A stretch of 64,000 nt of DNA, taken from the NCBI GenBank assembly GCA_040756135.1, contig JBFLZS010000008.1, forward strand, positions 5,021 through 69,020, in the 5' to 3' direction. The position numbers and the translations under genes were made by a program. Each line of letters starts with the position of its first letter. Position 1 is the first letter of the stretch. Below, in pieces: positions 50,006-58,868 of this stretch. This DNA comes from Nitrospirota bacterium (GTDB lineage Bacteria; Nitrospirota; Thermodesulfovibrionia; Thermodesulfovibrionales; SM23-35). A model generated the notes under the pieces. It was not told the origin of the DNA. It did no database searches and worked only from the letters and a program-made list of their open reading frames with translations.

Positions 50006-52258
50006 CTAAAGCTTTGCTGCTATCTTTTCGATTATATAATTTTCGAGTATATCGCCGACCTTTATATCATTAAAATTCTCTACGAGTATTCCGCACTCGT
50101 ATCCTGCTTGAACTTCTCTAACATCTTCCTTGAATCTTTTAAGAGTAGCGATCTTACCATCATATACAACAATGCTGTCCCTGATAATCCTTATACCGTC
50201 ACTTGAGCGGCTCATCGTACCGTCAAGCACATAACATCCTGCAACTGTTCCGACTTTTGATATCGGAAATAATTGACGAACCTCAGCCCTTCCAATAGGC
50301 TTTTCTTTAAACGTAGGCTCAAGGAGACCCTCAAGTGCCTTCTTAACATCCTCGATCGCTTCGTATATCACATTGTAGAGCCTGATATCAACGCCTTCTT
50401 TTTCTGCCGCATGCGAGGCCTTAAGTTCAGGCCTTACATTAAAACCTATTATAATTGCGCTTGAGGCAGCTGCAAGCATAATGTCTGACTCATTTATGCC
50501 ACCAACAGATGAGTGTATAACCTTCACCTTTACCTGCGGATGCGTAATATTCTCGAGGGCGTCTTTTAACGCCTCAACAGAGCCTTGAACGTCACCTTTT
50601 ATAATAATATCGAGCTCCTTTATCTCTCCTTCTTTTATCTTTGCATACAGCTCATCGAGGGTAAGTTTTTTTGTCTTTGCCATCACAGCAAGCTTTTCTT
50701 TCTGTTGTCTTGCAAGTGCTATCTGTCTCGCCCTTTTCTCGTCTTCAACGACTGTAAAGATATCTCCTGCTGAAGGGACCTCTGGAAACCCTATTACCTC
50801 AACTGGTGTTGACGGGCCTGACTCTGCTAACCTTCTACCCGTCTCGTCAATCAATGCCCTGACTTTCCCTGCATGAATACCTGCAATGAATGCATCTCCT
50901 ATCCTTAGCGTGCCTGATTGCACGAGTACAGTTGCAACAGGCCCTCTTCCTCTGTCAAGCTTTGCCTCGATAATCGTACCCCGTGCCTTCCTATCAGGGT
51001 TGGCCTTGAGTTCCATTACCTCCGCCTGCAGGAGTATCATCTCAAGCACGTTCTCTATGCCTATGCGTTTTTTGGCTGAGACCTCAACAAAGATATTCTG
51101 CCCACCCCACTCCTCCGGGATTATTCCATGTTCTGCAAGTTCATTCCTCACCTTTGAAGGATTCGCCTCAGGCTTATCAATCTTGTTTATCGCTACAACA
51201 ATCGGGACATCTGCTGCCTTCGCATGGTTAATTGCTTCAACAGTCTGCGGCATTACGCCATCATCTGCAGCAACAACAAGGACGACTATATCTGTAACCT
51301 TTGCCCCCCTTGCTCTCATCGAGGTAAATGCCTCATGCCCCGGTGTATCAAGAAAAACAATATCCTTGCCTTTCAGATTAACCTTGTATGCACCTATATG
51401 TTGTGTGATACCGCCAGCCTCGGTCTCCGTAACCTTCGTCTCTCTTATTGCATCTAAGAGAGACGTCTTCCCATGATCTACATGCCCCATTATCGTTATA
51501 ACAGGAGGACGTGGTAATAATTTACTAATATCTTCAGGCGCCTCTGTTACAACTGTATCTTCTTCAATGGGTGAAGGCTCAAGCTTTATCCCGAAACCCT
51601 CTGCAACTAACAAGGCTGCATCAGTGTCAACAGGCTGGTTTATTGTAGGCATATATCCGAGTTCCATAAACTTCTTTATAACATCAGGCAGCTTAACCCC
51701 TATAAGTTCTGCAAATTCTTTTACCGTAGTTCCTTCAGAGAGTTTCAGCGTTTTTTTCCTCGGTACTACAAGCTGGATCTGGGGTTTACGTTCTGCCTTC
51801 TGAAATACCCTAACCCTCCCAGCCTTCTTGACCGGTCTTTGCTCATACCATCTTTTTGGCTCTATCTTTCTGATTGTCTGGAATGCCCTTTGCATTCCTG
51901 GTTTTGTCTTGAATTTTTCTATCTTTTCTGTCTCCATCTCCTTTTTGAATCTATCCGGAATCTTTAACTCTTCCTCCTCAGGGAGTAAAGGGGCTTCTTG
52001 TTTCTCTATCTCTATCACTACTTCGGGCTCTTTTTCTATTGACGGCACCGTTGGTTCCATATGCTCCTCAGGTAATTTTTCGACCGACGTTTCAACAGCC
52101 TCTTTGAGCAATAAATCTTCTATTGTCTTTGCAATCTCGAGTTCGATATTTGAGGAATGGGTCTTACCTTCTACCCCAAGTTTTGAAAGCTCGCTGAGTA
52201 TAATCTTGTTTGTCACACCTATCTTCTTTGCAAGTTCATAAATTCTTATCTTGGGCAT
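50006..52258 (-). CDS. infB: Translation initiation factor IF-2
   Basis: G-domain [20 protein letters not shown] and NKID. The IF-2 C-terminal domains are present. Confidence 0.96.
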   Translation of the reverse strand: MPKIRIYELAKKIGVTNKIILSELSKLGVEGKTHSSNIELEIAKTIEDLLLKEAVETSVEKLPEEHMEPTVPSIEKEPEVVIEIEKQEAPLLPEEEELKIPDRFKKEMETEKIEKFKTKPGMQRAFQTIRKIEPKRWYEQRPVKKAGRVRVFQKAERKPQIQLVVPRKKTLKLSEGTTVKEFAELIGVKLPDVIKKFMELGYMPTINQPVDTDAALLVAEGFGIKLEPSPIEEDTVVTEAPEDISKLLPRPPVITIMGHVDHGKTSLLDAIRETKVTETEAGGITQHIGAYKVNLKGKDIVFLDTPGHEAFTSMRARGAKVTDIVVLVVAADDGVMPQTVEAINHAKAADVPIVVAINKIDKPEANPSKVRNELAEHGIIPEEWGGQNIFVEVSAKKRIGIENVLEMILLQAEVMELKANPDRKARGTIIEAKLDRGRGPVATVLVQSGTLRIGDAFIAGIHAGKVRALIDETGRRLAESGPSTPVEVIGFPEVPSAGDIFTVVEDEKRARQIALARQQKEKLAVMAKTKKLTLDELYAKIKEGEIKELDIIIKGDVQGSVEALKDALENITHPQVKVKVIHSSVGGINESDIMLAAASSAIIIGFNVRPELKASHAAEKEGVDIRLYNVIYEAIEDVKKALEGLLEPTFKEKPIGRAEVRQLFPISKVGTVAGCYVLDGTMSRSSDGIRIIRDSIVVYDGKIATLKRFKEDVREVQAGYECGILVENFNDIKVGDILENYIIEKIAAKL

Positions 52259-52357
52259 TTATTTTCAGACCTCTATCTTTTCCGTGATCTCTTTTTCTAT
52301 AACTCTTGTAACATTAATTCTAACATGTTATCATATCATACCTTTTTAATGCAATGG

Positions 52358-52446
52358 AACCACAAAAAAAGATTTCACCACAGAGCACCCAGAGAAAAAG
52401 ATTTTAAGGTTTAAAAAACTCTGTGAACTCTGTGGTCTCTGTGGTT
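52358..52446. repeat. Tandem-heptamer hairpin module (ccacagag / ctctgtgg type) between infB and rpmB
   Basis: aaccac...caccacagagcacccagag ... ctctgtgaactctgtggtctctgtggtt. A related copy lies at 55137-55234. Confidence 0.8.
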
Positions 52447-52488
52447 AAGTTTTGACAATCCGTAACATTCATAATTAGGAGGTGAAGA

Positions 52489-52677
52489 ATGGCAAGTTGT
52501 GCTATTTGTGGGAAAAAAAGGATTATCGGTAATAATGTCAGCCATGCTAACAATAAGACCAAAAGGCTGATAATGCCCAACCTGCAAAGGATGCGTATAA
52601 TTACCGGAAGCGGGATTAAAAGACTCTATGTATGTACCAGGTGTCTCCGTTCCGGTACAGTTAAGAAGGCGGTTTAG
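52489..52677 (+). CDS. rpmB: 50S ribosomal protein L28
   Basis: [30 protein letters not shown]. An AGGAGG lies upstream. Confidence 0.93.
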   Translation: MASCAICGKKRIIGNNVSHANNKTKRLIMPNLQRMRIITGSGIKRLYVCTRCLRSGTVKKAV

Positions 52678-53144
52678 TGAAGAGGGTAGATTCCTTGTTA
52701 ATCCCTTTCGTCAGGGAACTCGGGATAGAAGATGGTGTAAGACTTGCTAAGATTAAAATGAACTGGCATAACCTGTTCAATAAACCTCTTTCATATCATA
52801 TGTCGCCATATATGCTATCAGGTGATGAGATCGTTCTTAATGTTGACTCACACCTCTGGCTTCAGGAGTTGAATTTTTACAAAGAGGATATAATAAAAAA
52901 GTTGAGTGCTTATAGTGTCAAGGCTGTACGGTTCAGGCTTGGGACGTTGATGACATCTACGTCCCGAGGCAGGGTTTCAAAAAAGTCAGAAGTCACAAGT
53001 CAGAAGTCACAAGTCAGAAGATTCACACATGAAGAGCTCTCTTATATAGAAGATACAATTTCTAAAATAAACGAACCGGAACTTAGAGAGACTGTGAGAA
53101 GGACGATACAAAAGGCACTCATCTCGAGACGAATAAGACAATAA
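52677..53144 (+). CDS. DUF721 (DciA-like) domain protein with a repeat-derived C-terminal insertion
   Basis: LAKIKMNWHNLF...SPYMLSGDEIVLNVDSHLWLQELNFYKEDIIKKL is the typical DUF721 core. GTG start overlaps the rpmB stop. The tandem agtcaSa units at 52982-53020 are read as SKKSEVTSQKSQVRRF. Confidence 0.6.
   Translation: MKRVDSLLIPFVRELGIEDGVRLAKIKMNWHNLFNKPLSYHMSPYMLSGDEIVLNVDSHLWLQELNFYKEDIIKKLSAYSVKAVRFRLGTLMTSTSRGRVSKKSEVTSQKSQVRRFTHEELSYIEDTISKINEPELRETVRRTIQKALISRRIRQ
52982..53020. repeat. Tandem heptamer (agtcaga/agtcaca) x5, in-frame in the DUF721 gene
   Basis: aagtcagaagtcacaagtcagaagtcacaagtcagaag. Confidence 0.85.
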
Positions 53145-53204
53145 CCAATAACTCCAAACTCTGAACTATAGTAAACGTCTAAAATAAGTAAATATGCCTA
53201 AACA

Positions 53205-53249
53205 AATCCCCCTTAATCCCCCTTTGCTAAAGGGGGACTGAGGGGGATT
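53205..53249. repeat. Family-A variant palindromic element between convergent DUF721 and clpX genes (possible bidirectional terminator)
   Basis: Sequence aatcccccttaatccccctttgctaaagggggactgagggggatt. Confidence 0.85.
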
Positions 53250-53276
53250 ACTAATAAATAACTTTTTTACCTTATT

Positions 53277-54518
53277 TTATGCTGATTCTGCTTTCTTTTC
53301 GTATATAAGTACAGGCTTTTCGTTCTTGAGAATAGTTTCTTCATTTATCAGACACTCCCTGATGCCTTTCTGTGAAGGGATCTCATACATTACATCGAGC
53401 ATTATCTCCTCGAGTATAGCCCTTAATCCTCTCGCTCCGGTCTTTCTCTGCATCGCCTTTTTTGCTATTGCTGACAGTGCTCCATCTGTAAATCTAAGCC
53501 TGACATTGTCAAACGAGAGGAGCCTCTGATATTGCTTTATGAGGGCATTTTTGGGGCCTGTTAGTATCTTTACCAAGGCTGGCTCGTCAAGTTCGTCGAG
53601 GGCTGCTACAACAGGCATCCTTCCTACAAATTCAGGTATAAACCCATATTTTATCAGATCTTCAGGTTCAACAAGGCTGAGTATTTCACCTATCTTTCTT
53701 TCCTTTCTCATCTTAATATCAGAAACAAATCCCACTGTCTTTTGTCCAATCCTCTGTTCTATAACAGTATCAAGGCCGATAAAGGCACCACCGCATATAA
53801 AGAGGACATTTGTTGTGTCCACCTGAATGAATTCCTGTTGAGGATGTTTCCTTCCACCCTGGGGTGGAATATTGGCCACTGTCCCTTCAACGATCTTAAG
53901 AAGGGCCTGCTGGACCCCCTCGCCTGATACATCCCGTGTTATAGAGGGATTCTCCGATTTCCTGCTTATTTTGTCAATTTCGTCAATATATACAATACCC
54001 CTTTGTGCCTTTTCAACATCGTACTCTGCTGCCTGCAGTAACTTCAGGATTATGTTTTCGACATCTTCTCCAACATACCCTGCCTCTGTAAGGGTCGTCG
54101 CATCTGCTATGGCGAATGGCACATCGAGTATCCTTGCTAATGTCTGTGCAAAAAGGGTCTTCCCTGTGCCTGAAGGTCCTATCAAGAGTATGTTACTTTT
54201 CTGGAGTTCTATATCTGATTCCACAGGACTGTATATCCTCTTGTAGTGATTATGAACAGCAACTGAGAGTATCCTTTTTGCCCTCTCCTGGCCTACAACA
54301 TAATCGTTAAGGAATTGATGAATCTCCCTTGGCGTCGGGAGCTTCGGGAGTACAGGACCCCTCACCTCCTCATGGAATGAATCTGCAATTATCTCGTTAC
54401 ACAGATCAACGCATTCATTGCATATATAAACGGCTGGCCCTGCAATAAGCTTTTTTACCTCAACGTGTCCCTTACCGCAGAACGAGCATTTAAGCGCATT
54501 CTCATCCCTTTTAGCCAT
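53277..54518 (-). CDS. clpX: ATP-dependent Clp protease ATP-binding subunit ClpX
   Basis: Zinc finger CSFCGK...CNEC, Walker A GPSGTGKT and IVYIDEIDK. The likely start is the ATG at 54518, an 8-nt overlap with the clpP stop. Confidence 0.95.
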   Translation of the reverse strand: MAKRDENALKCSFCGKGHVEVKKLIAGPAVYICNECVDLCNEIIADSFHEEVRGPVLPKLPTPREIHQFLNDYVVGQERAKRILSVAVHNHYKRIYSPVESDIELQKSNILLIGPSGTGKTLFAQTLARILDVPFAIADATTLTEAGYVGEDVENIILKLLQAAEYDVEKAQRGIVYIDEIDKISRKSENPSITRDVSGEGVQQALLKIVEGTVANIPPQGGRKHPQQEFIQVDTTNVLFICGGAFIGLDTVIEQRIGQKTVGFVSDIKMRKERKIGEILSLVEPEDLIKYGFIPEFVGRMPVVAALDELDEPALVKILTGPKNALIKQYQRLLSFDNVRLRFTDGALSAIAKKAMQRKTGARGLRAILEEIMLDVMYEIPSQKGIRECLINEETILKNEKPVLIYEKKAESA

Positions 54519-55113
54519 ATATCCTCTCGTGCTTGACGCTGGCAATCACCTCATCAACTATCCCGTATTCTTTTGCCTCTTCTCCTGACATAAAGAAATC
54601 TCTGTCAGTATCCGCCTGTATCTTTTCAATAGATTGCCCCGTATGGCTTGCGATTATCTTGTTGAGCGTATCCTTCATCCTTAATATTTCCCGGGCATGG
54701 ATTTCTATATCGGTAGCCTGTCCCTGGAACCCCCCCATTGGCTGGTGTAACATGATCCTTGAGTGAGGTAACGCAAACCTCTTGCCCTTTGTGCCCGCCG
54801 CGAGCAAGAGTGCCCCCATACTCGCTGCCTGCCCGATGCAGTAAGTTGCTATGCCCGGTTTCACATACTGCATCGTGTCGTATATTGCAAGGCCAGATGA
54901 TACTATGCCGCCTGGCGTATTAATATATAGATGGATATCCTTCTCAGGGTCTTCCGACTGAAGAAACAGCATCTGAGCGATAACTATGTTTGCAACATAA
55001 TCATCTATTATAGTACCAATAAAGATGATCCTGTCTTTGAGGAGTCTTGAATAAATGTCATAGGCCCTCTCTGTACGCCCTGTCTGTTCAATAACGATAG
55101 GGATGATACTCAT
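54511..55113 (-). CDS. clpP: ATP-dependent Clp protease proteolytic subunit ClpP
   Basis: Active-site contexts [11 protein letters not shown] and MLHQP. Confidence 0.96.
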   Translation of the reverse strand: MSIIPIVIEQTGRTERAYDIYSRLLKDRIIFIGTIIDDYVANIVIAQMLFLQSEDPEKDIHLYINTPGGIVSSGLAIYDTMQYVKPGIATYCIGQAASMGALLLAAGTKGKRFALPHSRIMLHQPMGGFQGQATDIEIHAREILRMKDTLNKIIASHTGQSIEKIQADTDRDFFMSGEEAKEYGIVDEVIASVKHERIYG

Positions 55114-55136
55114 TTACTCTCCTTTCTCGATGCATA

Positions 55137-55234
55137 AACCACAGAGACACTGAGACACAGAGATTTTTAAGAACAAAAACTTTAAAAAACTTATAAATTA
55201 TTTTTTCTCTGTGCCCTCTGTGTTCTCTGTGGTT
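55137..55234. repeat. Tandem-heptamer hairpin module (ccacagag / ctctgtgg type), tig-clpP intergenic
   Basis: aaccacagagacactgagacacagag ... ctctgtgccctctgtgttctctgtggtt. The tig stop codon overlaps its right end. Confidence 0.8.
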
Positions 55235-56579
55235 AAATTAAGTTTTCGTTCATGGTGGCTTTAGATAAAAGCATATCCATAACTTTTTCTTCAAAGATTG
55301 AATGCCTCAGGCCTTCAAGAGAACCTTCTTTGTATTTATAGAAGTTCATAACCGCCTCTGGTGTAGCTGAAAGCCTCTGAGCTAACAAAGAGACCCGATC
55401 TTTCAGTTCATCATCGGTTACCATAATTCCCTCTTTTCGACCGATCGCATCAACGATTATTGATGCCTGTACATTCCTCACTGCCCTGTTTCCCATATCA
55501 GCATGGAGATTTTCGAGATCCTTCTTTTCCTGTTCAGGGCTCTTCGTCTCTGATATTGTCTCTTTGGGTTCTTTTTGAGACAAGCTCTCCTCCATCATAA
55601 GGGATTCCATTTCTTTACTTACGAGGACATCAGGCACCTCAAAATTATGTGATTCGATAAGCTTACTTACGATCTCTGCCTTTTGTATTCTTTTAATATG
55701 TTCCTTTTTGGCTGCATATATTCTTTCTTTTATTTTCTCCCTCATCTCAGAGATATTTTCAAAACCGACATCTTTTGCAAACTCATCATCAATTGCAGGC
55801 AGGTTTTTTTTCTTTATCTCTTTTATCACAAACTTCATCTCAGCCGTCTTCCCTGCAAGTACTTTTGATTTACAAATTTCATTGAATGTGGTAGTGAACT
55901 CAACTATATCATCCTTCTTCTTTCCCATCACCCTCTCCATTATGTCCGGAGGGAATATCTCGTTACCAATCTTTAATACCTCTTCCTTGAGGACGTTGAT
56001 ATTATCTACGTCCTTGATAGATGGAGGATTTTCTTCCCAGATTATCTTACAGTCTGAATACTCAAATGTAACCAAGTCATCTAACTCTACCTCTTTTTCA
56101 GCAACCTCATATATAACTTTTTCTTCCTGAAGTCTTTTAAGGTAAGCTTCTATTTCAGCCTCATTGACAACTGCTGGAATATCCTTTATTTTTATATTCT
56201 CGTAATTAAGATTCTCGATCTTTGGCATCACCTCAATAGTAAATGAGAGGTTAAGAGGATTGTTTCTTTTAAAGTCGAGACGTTCATCAAATACAGGCGT
56301 TGTTACAGGTATGAGTTCAGCCTCTTTTAATGCCTTGGTGTAATATTCAGGGATTACCTTATCAAGCACCTCTGCTTCGACCTCTTTGCCGAAGCGTTTT
56401 TCTATTAGATTGATTGGTGCCATCCCCGATCTGAAACCAGGAATTTTAGCCTTGTGCTTAAGTTTCTCTAAAGAATTACTTATTTCCTTTTCAATTACAT
56501 CTGCTGGTATCTCAATTTTTAAACGCTTCTTTGTCGCCTTTACATCTTCTACTGATTTGAGCAATTTAATCTCCTTCAA
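55233..56579 (-). CDS. tig: Trigger factor
   Basis: N-terminal ribosome-binding motif GFRSGMAP, an FKBP-like middle domain and the tig-clpP-clpX order. Confidence 0.92.
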   Translation of the reverse strand: MKEIKLLKSVEDVKATKKRLKIEIPADVIEKEISNSLEKLKHKAKIPGFRSGMAPINLIEKRFGKEVEAEVLDKVIPEYYTKALKEAELIPVTTPVFDERLDFKRNNPLNLSFTIEVMPKIENLNYENIKIKDIPAVVNEAEIEAYLKRLQEEKVIYEVAEKEVELDDLVTFEYSDCKIIWEENPPSIKDVDNINVLKEEVLKIGNEIFPPDIMERVMGKKKDDIVEFTTTFNEICKSKVLAGKTAEMKFVIKEIKKKNLPAIDDEFAKDVGFENISEMREKIKERIYAAKKEHIKRIQKAEIVSKLIESHNFEVPDVLVSKEMESLMMEESLSQKEPKETISETKSPEQEKKDLENLHADMGNRAVRNVQASIIVDAIGRKEGIMVTDDELKDRVSLLAQRLSATPEAVMNFYKYKEGSLEGLRHSIFEEKVMDMLLSKATMNENLI

Positions 56580-56675
56580 GATTCATTGTTTTATTATAAT
56601 GTAGATCGCTGAAATTTTGTCAATTTGTCGATGACTCGTCGAGAAGAAAGATTTGAGATTTGCTATTGAATTCTA

Positions 56676-57113
56676 TTAAAGAGATTCAGAAATCTCTTTA
56701 ATAGTTGTATTTATTGCAGGATTCCATGCCTCGCCTATTGAACTCCTGAAGTAGGGGAGGGCTTCTTCAAGCCATACAAGATATCCCTGGACATCCTCTT
56801 TCGAGAATTCTATAAAAAACTTGTAATCTGCCTCTGCCCTTCTTGACATAAGGTTCGAAAAATATGTTGCAATCTTCTTTGGGAATACCTCTCCTTTTAC
56901 AAAATGGAGGGCGAACATCCTCTCTGCACCCTCGTGGGTTTTTGGATAGATACCTTTTTCTGCAAGGGTGGCTCTTATAAGATTCAGAAAGACATAATAG
57001 ATGTTTGCTACAGCCTTCCTCCATACAGATTCTCTGATATTCCCCTTAAGGCTTTTAAGTTCTGTTAGTGCCAGATCTACAAAGCCTTTTGCAAATTCAA
57101 ACCCTTCTTCCAT
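56676..57113 (-). CDS. HEPN domain protein (toxin-like partner of the upstream nucleotidyltransferase)
   Basis: An all-helical protein of about 145 aa with a C-terminal SRRAEADY segment at the position of the HEPN R-x4-6-H motif. It overlaps the MNT gene by 37 nt. Confidence 0.6.
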   Translation of the reverse strand: MEEGFEFAKGFVDLALTELKSLKGNIRESVWRKAVANIYYVFLNLIRATLAEKGIYPKTHEGAERMFALHFVKGEVFPKKIATYFSNLMSRRAEADYKFFIEFSKEDVQGYLVWLEEALPYFRSSIGEAWNPAINTTIKEISESL

Positions 57114-57439
57114 AAAAGTATCCCTTTCCCCTCTATCTCTTTGCCAATGGGAAGATGTTTTATATCCTCTTCTGCGAAGCCAAATACCTCGACCCTTAAT
57201 TCTCCCAATATACTCATTTCTTCCATAATCTCATCTTTTATGTTGTCTAATTTATGCTGTGGGAAAGACCTGTCTGTTATGAGGGCTAAATCGAGGTCGC
57301 TGTCTTCATCTGAGAATCCACCTGCCCTTGAGCCATAAAGGATGAGTGCTTTCACACCTTCTATCGGCCCAATCCTATCCACAAGTTTGGTTATAAATCT
57401 ATTCTCTAAGGGTGTAATATGGCCTGTTATCATATCCAT
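57077..57439 (-). CDS. Minimal nucleotidyltransferase (MNT) domain protein
   Basis: LILYGSRAGGFSDEDSDLDLALI matches the GSxxxGxxxxxSDxDL pol-beta-type NTase motif. Confidence 0.8.
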   Translation of the reverse strand: MDMITGHITPLENRFITKLVDRIGPIEGVKALILYGSRAGGFSDEDSDLDLALITDRSFPQHKLDNIKDEIMEEMSILGELRVEVFGFAEEDIKHLPIGKEIEGKGILLWKKGLNLQKAL

Positions 57440-57633
57440 AGCGAACTCTGTTCCAATGATTTGTCATGCTGAACTTGCTTCAGCATCTCTTTGGATCCCG
57501 AAACGAGTTCTGGATGACACACTAATAAATTCATAAGTAAGACGTCATCCTTCACGTATTAAATATAGCATATGCACACTTAGTTGACAAAGGAAAGATT
57601 TTGAGAAATGGTAGGTGAAATAGTCTTATTGAG

Positions 57634-58747
57634 TTAAGGATTCTGACTCTTCCGAGTATGGCAGGTAAAGCAACCACCTGAGCCACCACCACCAGCAATC
57701 ATAGTAGAATAATCCCACCTCAATATATCTGGATAATTAGTACCATGGGCTCCATGACAGGAGAGGCACATGACAATGTCGTCGGTGCTGCCAGTAGGGT
57801 CAACAGTAGAGCTTGGAGAATCAGGGACTGTTGTCCTGGCAACAGGTGCCACCACACTGTAAGTTGTATATGCTGTATATTCGCCGCTTGCTGGCAGAGA
57901 AATGTCAGTTGGGTGTCTTGTAAAGGGTGAAACAGTATCACCCCCTATCCCTCCTATTCTATGAAAGTCTCCATGACATGTACCGCAGAAAACACTTATC
58001 GAACCATTAGAGGAAAATACCCCGTTACCACCATGACAGTCAACAGAAGAACATGTTGAAAAAGTTTTAGGGGATGTCGCCCCAAAATATTCATTATGAC
58101 TATTTTTATCCTTGTTCTGCCATTTATCTGTTGTATTTTCAAGACCCTTTACTCCTGAAAGGAATCTATAGCTATTCGCGATTGTATTTGCAGTGTCGCA
58201 CTTGCCATCTACATTCTGATGGTGGGCTCCTTTTAAAGCGCGAATTCCTGTCCCAAAAGTAGAAGAGCGATTACCATGACACCCGACATCACCTGCACAT
58301 GTGAGGTTTGTATCGATAATTTTCATATTATGACCACTTGCTGGGTAAAGACCTGGGGCAGCGTTCAGAACATCATCAGCATTGCCAATGTCCTTTATAT
58401 TATGCCCCCTGCTATCGCTGGTAGTTAGATACCTGAAATTCCCACCTGCCAAATCCCCGACGGATCTGTGTGTAAAACTTGTGGAAAATCGCAACCACCG
58501 ATAGTTATGATCTTATTAGCAGTTCCCTGTCCATGACAACCTAAACAGGTACCACGTACCAATGCTGGCTGGGGTAAGCTACTCCCACCATATGCCAGTT
58601 CCCCACTCGTGCCATTCTGGGAAGCATGCATGGTATGACAGTTGGCACAATTACCTGTAATTTTGGCATCTCCAGAACTATATACCAAAAATAAGGATAA
58701 TATGGATAACAAGCGATGGTTGATAAATTTTTGCTTCTGTAATTCAT
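57634..58747 (-). pseudogene. Multiheme c-type cytochrome split by two single-base homopolymer frameshifts
   Basis: Three frames together give a signal peptide plus CANCH, CLGCH, CAGDVGCH, CSSVDCH, CGTCH, CLSCH and CFTCH. The frame changes map to a G4 run (58455-58458) and an A5 run (58728-58732). Confidence 0.65.
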
Positions 58748-58868
58748 TTCAGCCTTTCAATGTTTTTGTATATAACATTTTACATCTTATTTGTCTGTCA
58801 TGAGAGTTTGACATTTAATCATACATGGTAATTATAATTTAAAAAGCAATTATCATGCCAGTCACACT

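Noticed and set aside
50886-51476. A 196-aa plus-strand ORF antisense to infB (and similar ORFs at 51828-52241 and 2641-3246)
   Set aside because: These are antisense shadow ORFs inside highly conserved genes. Their composition is typical of reverse-frame artefacts.
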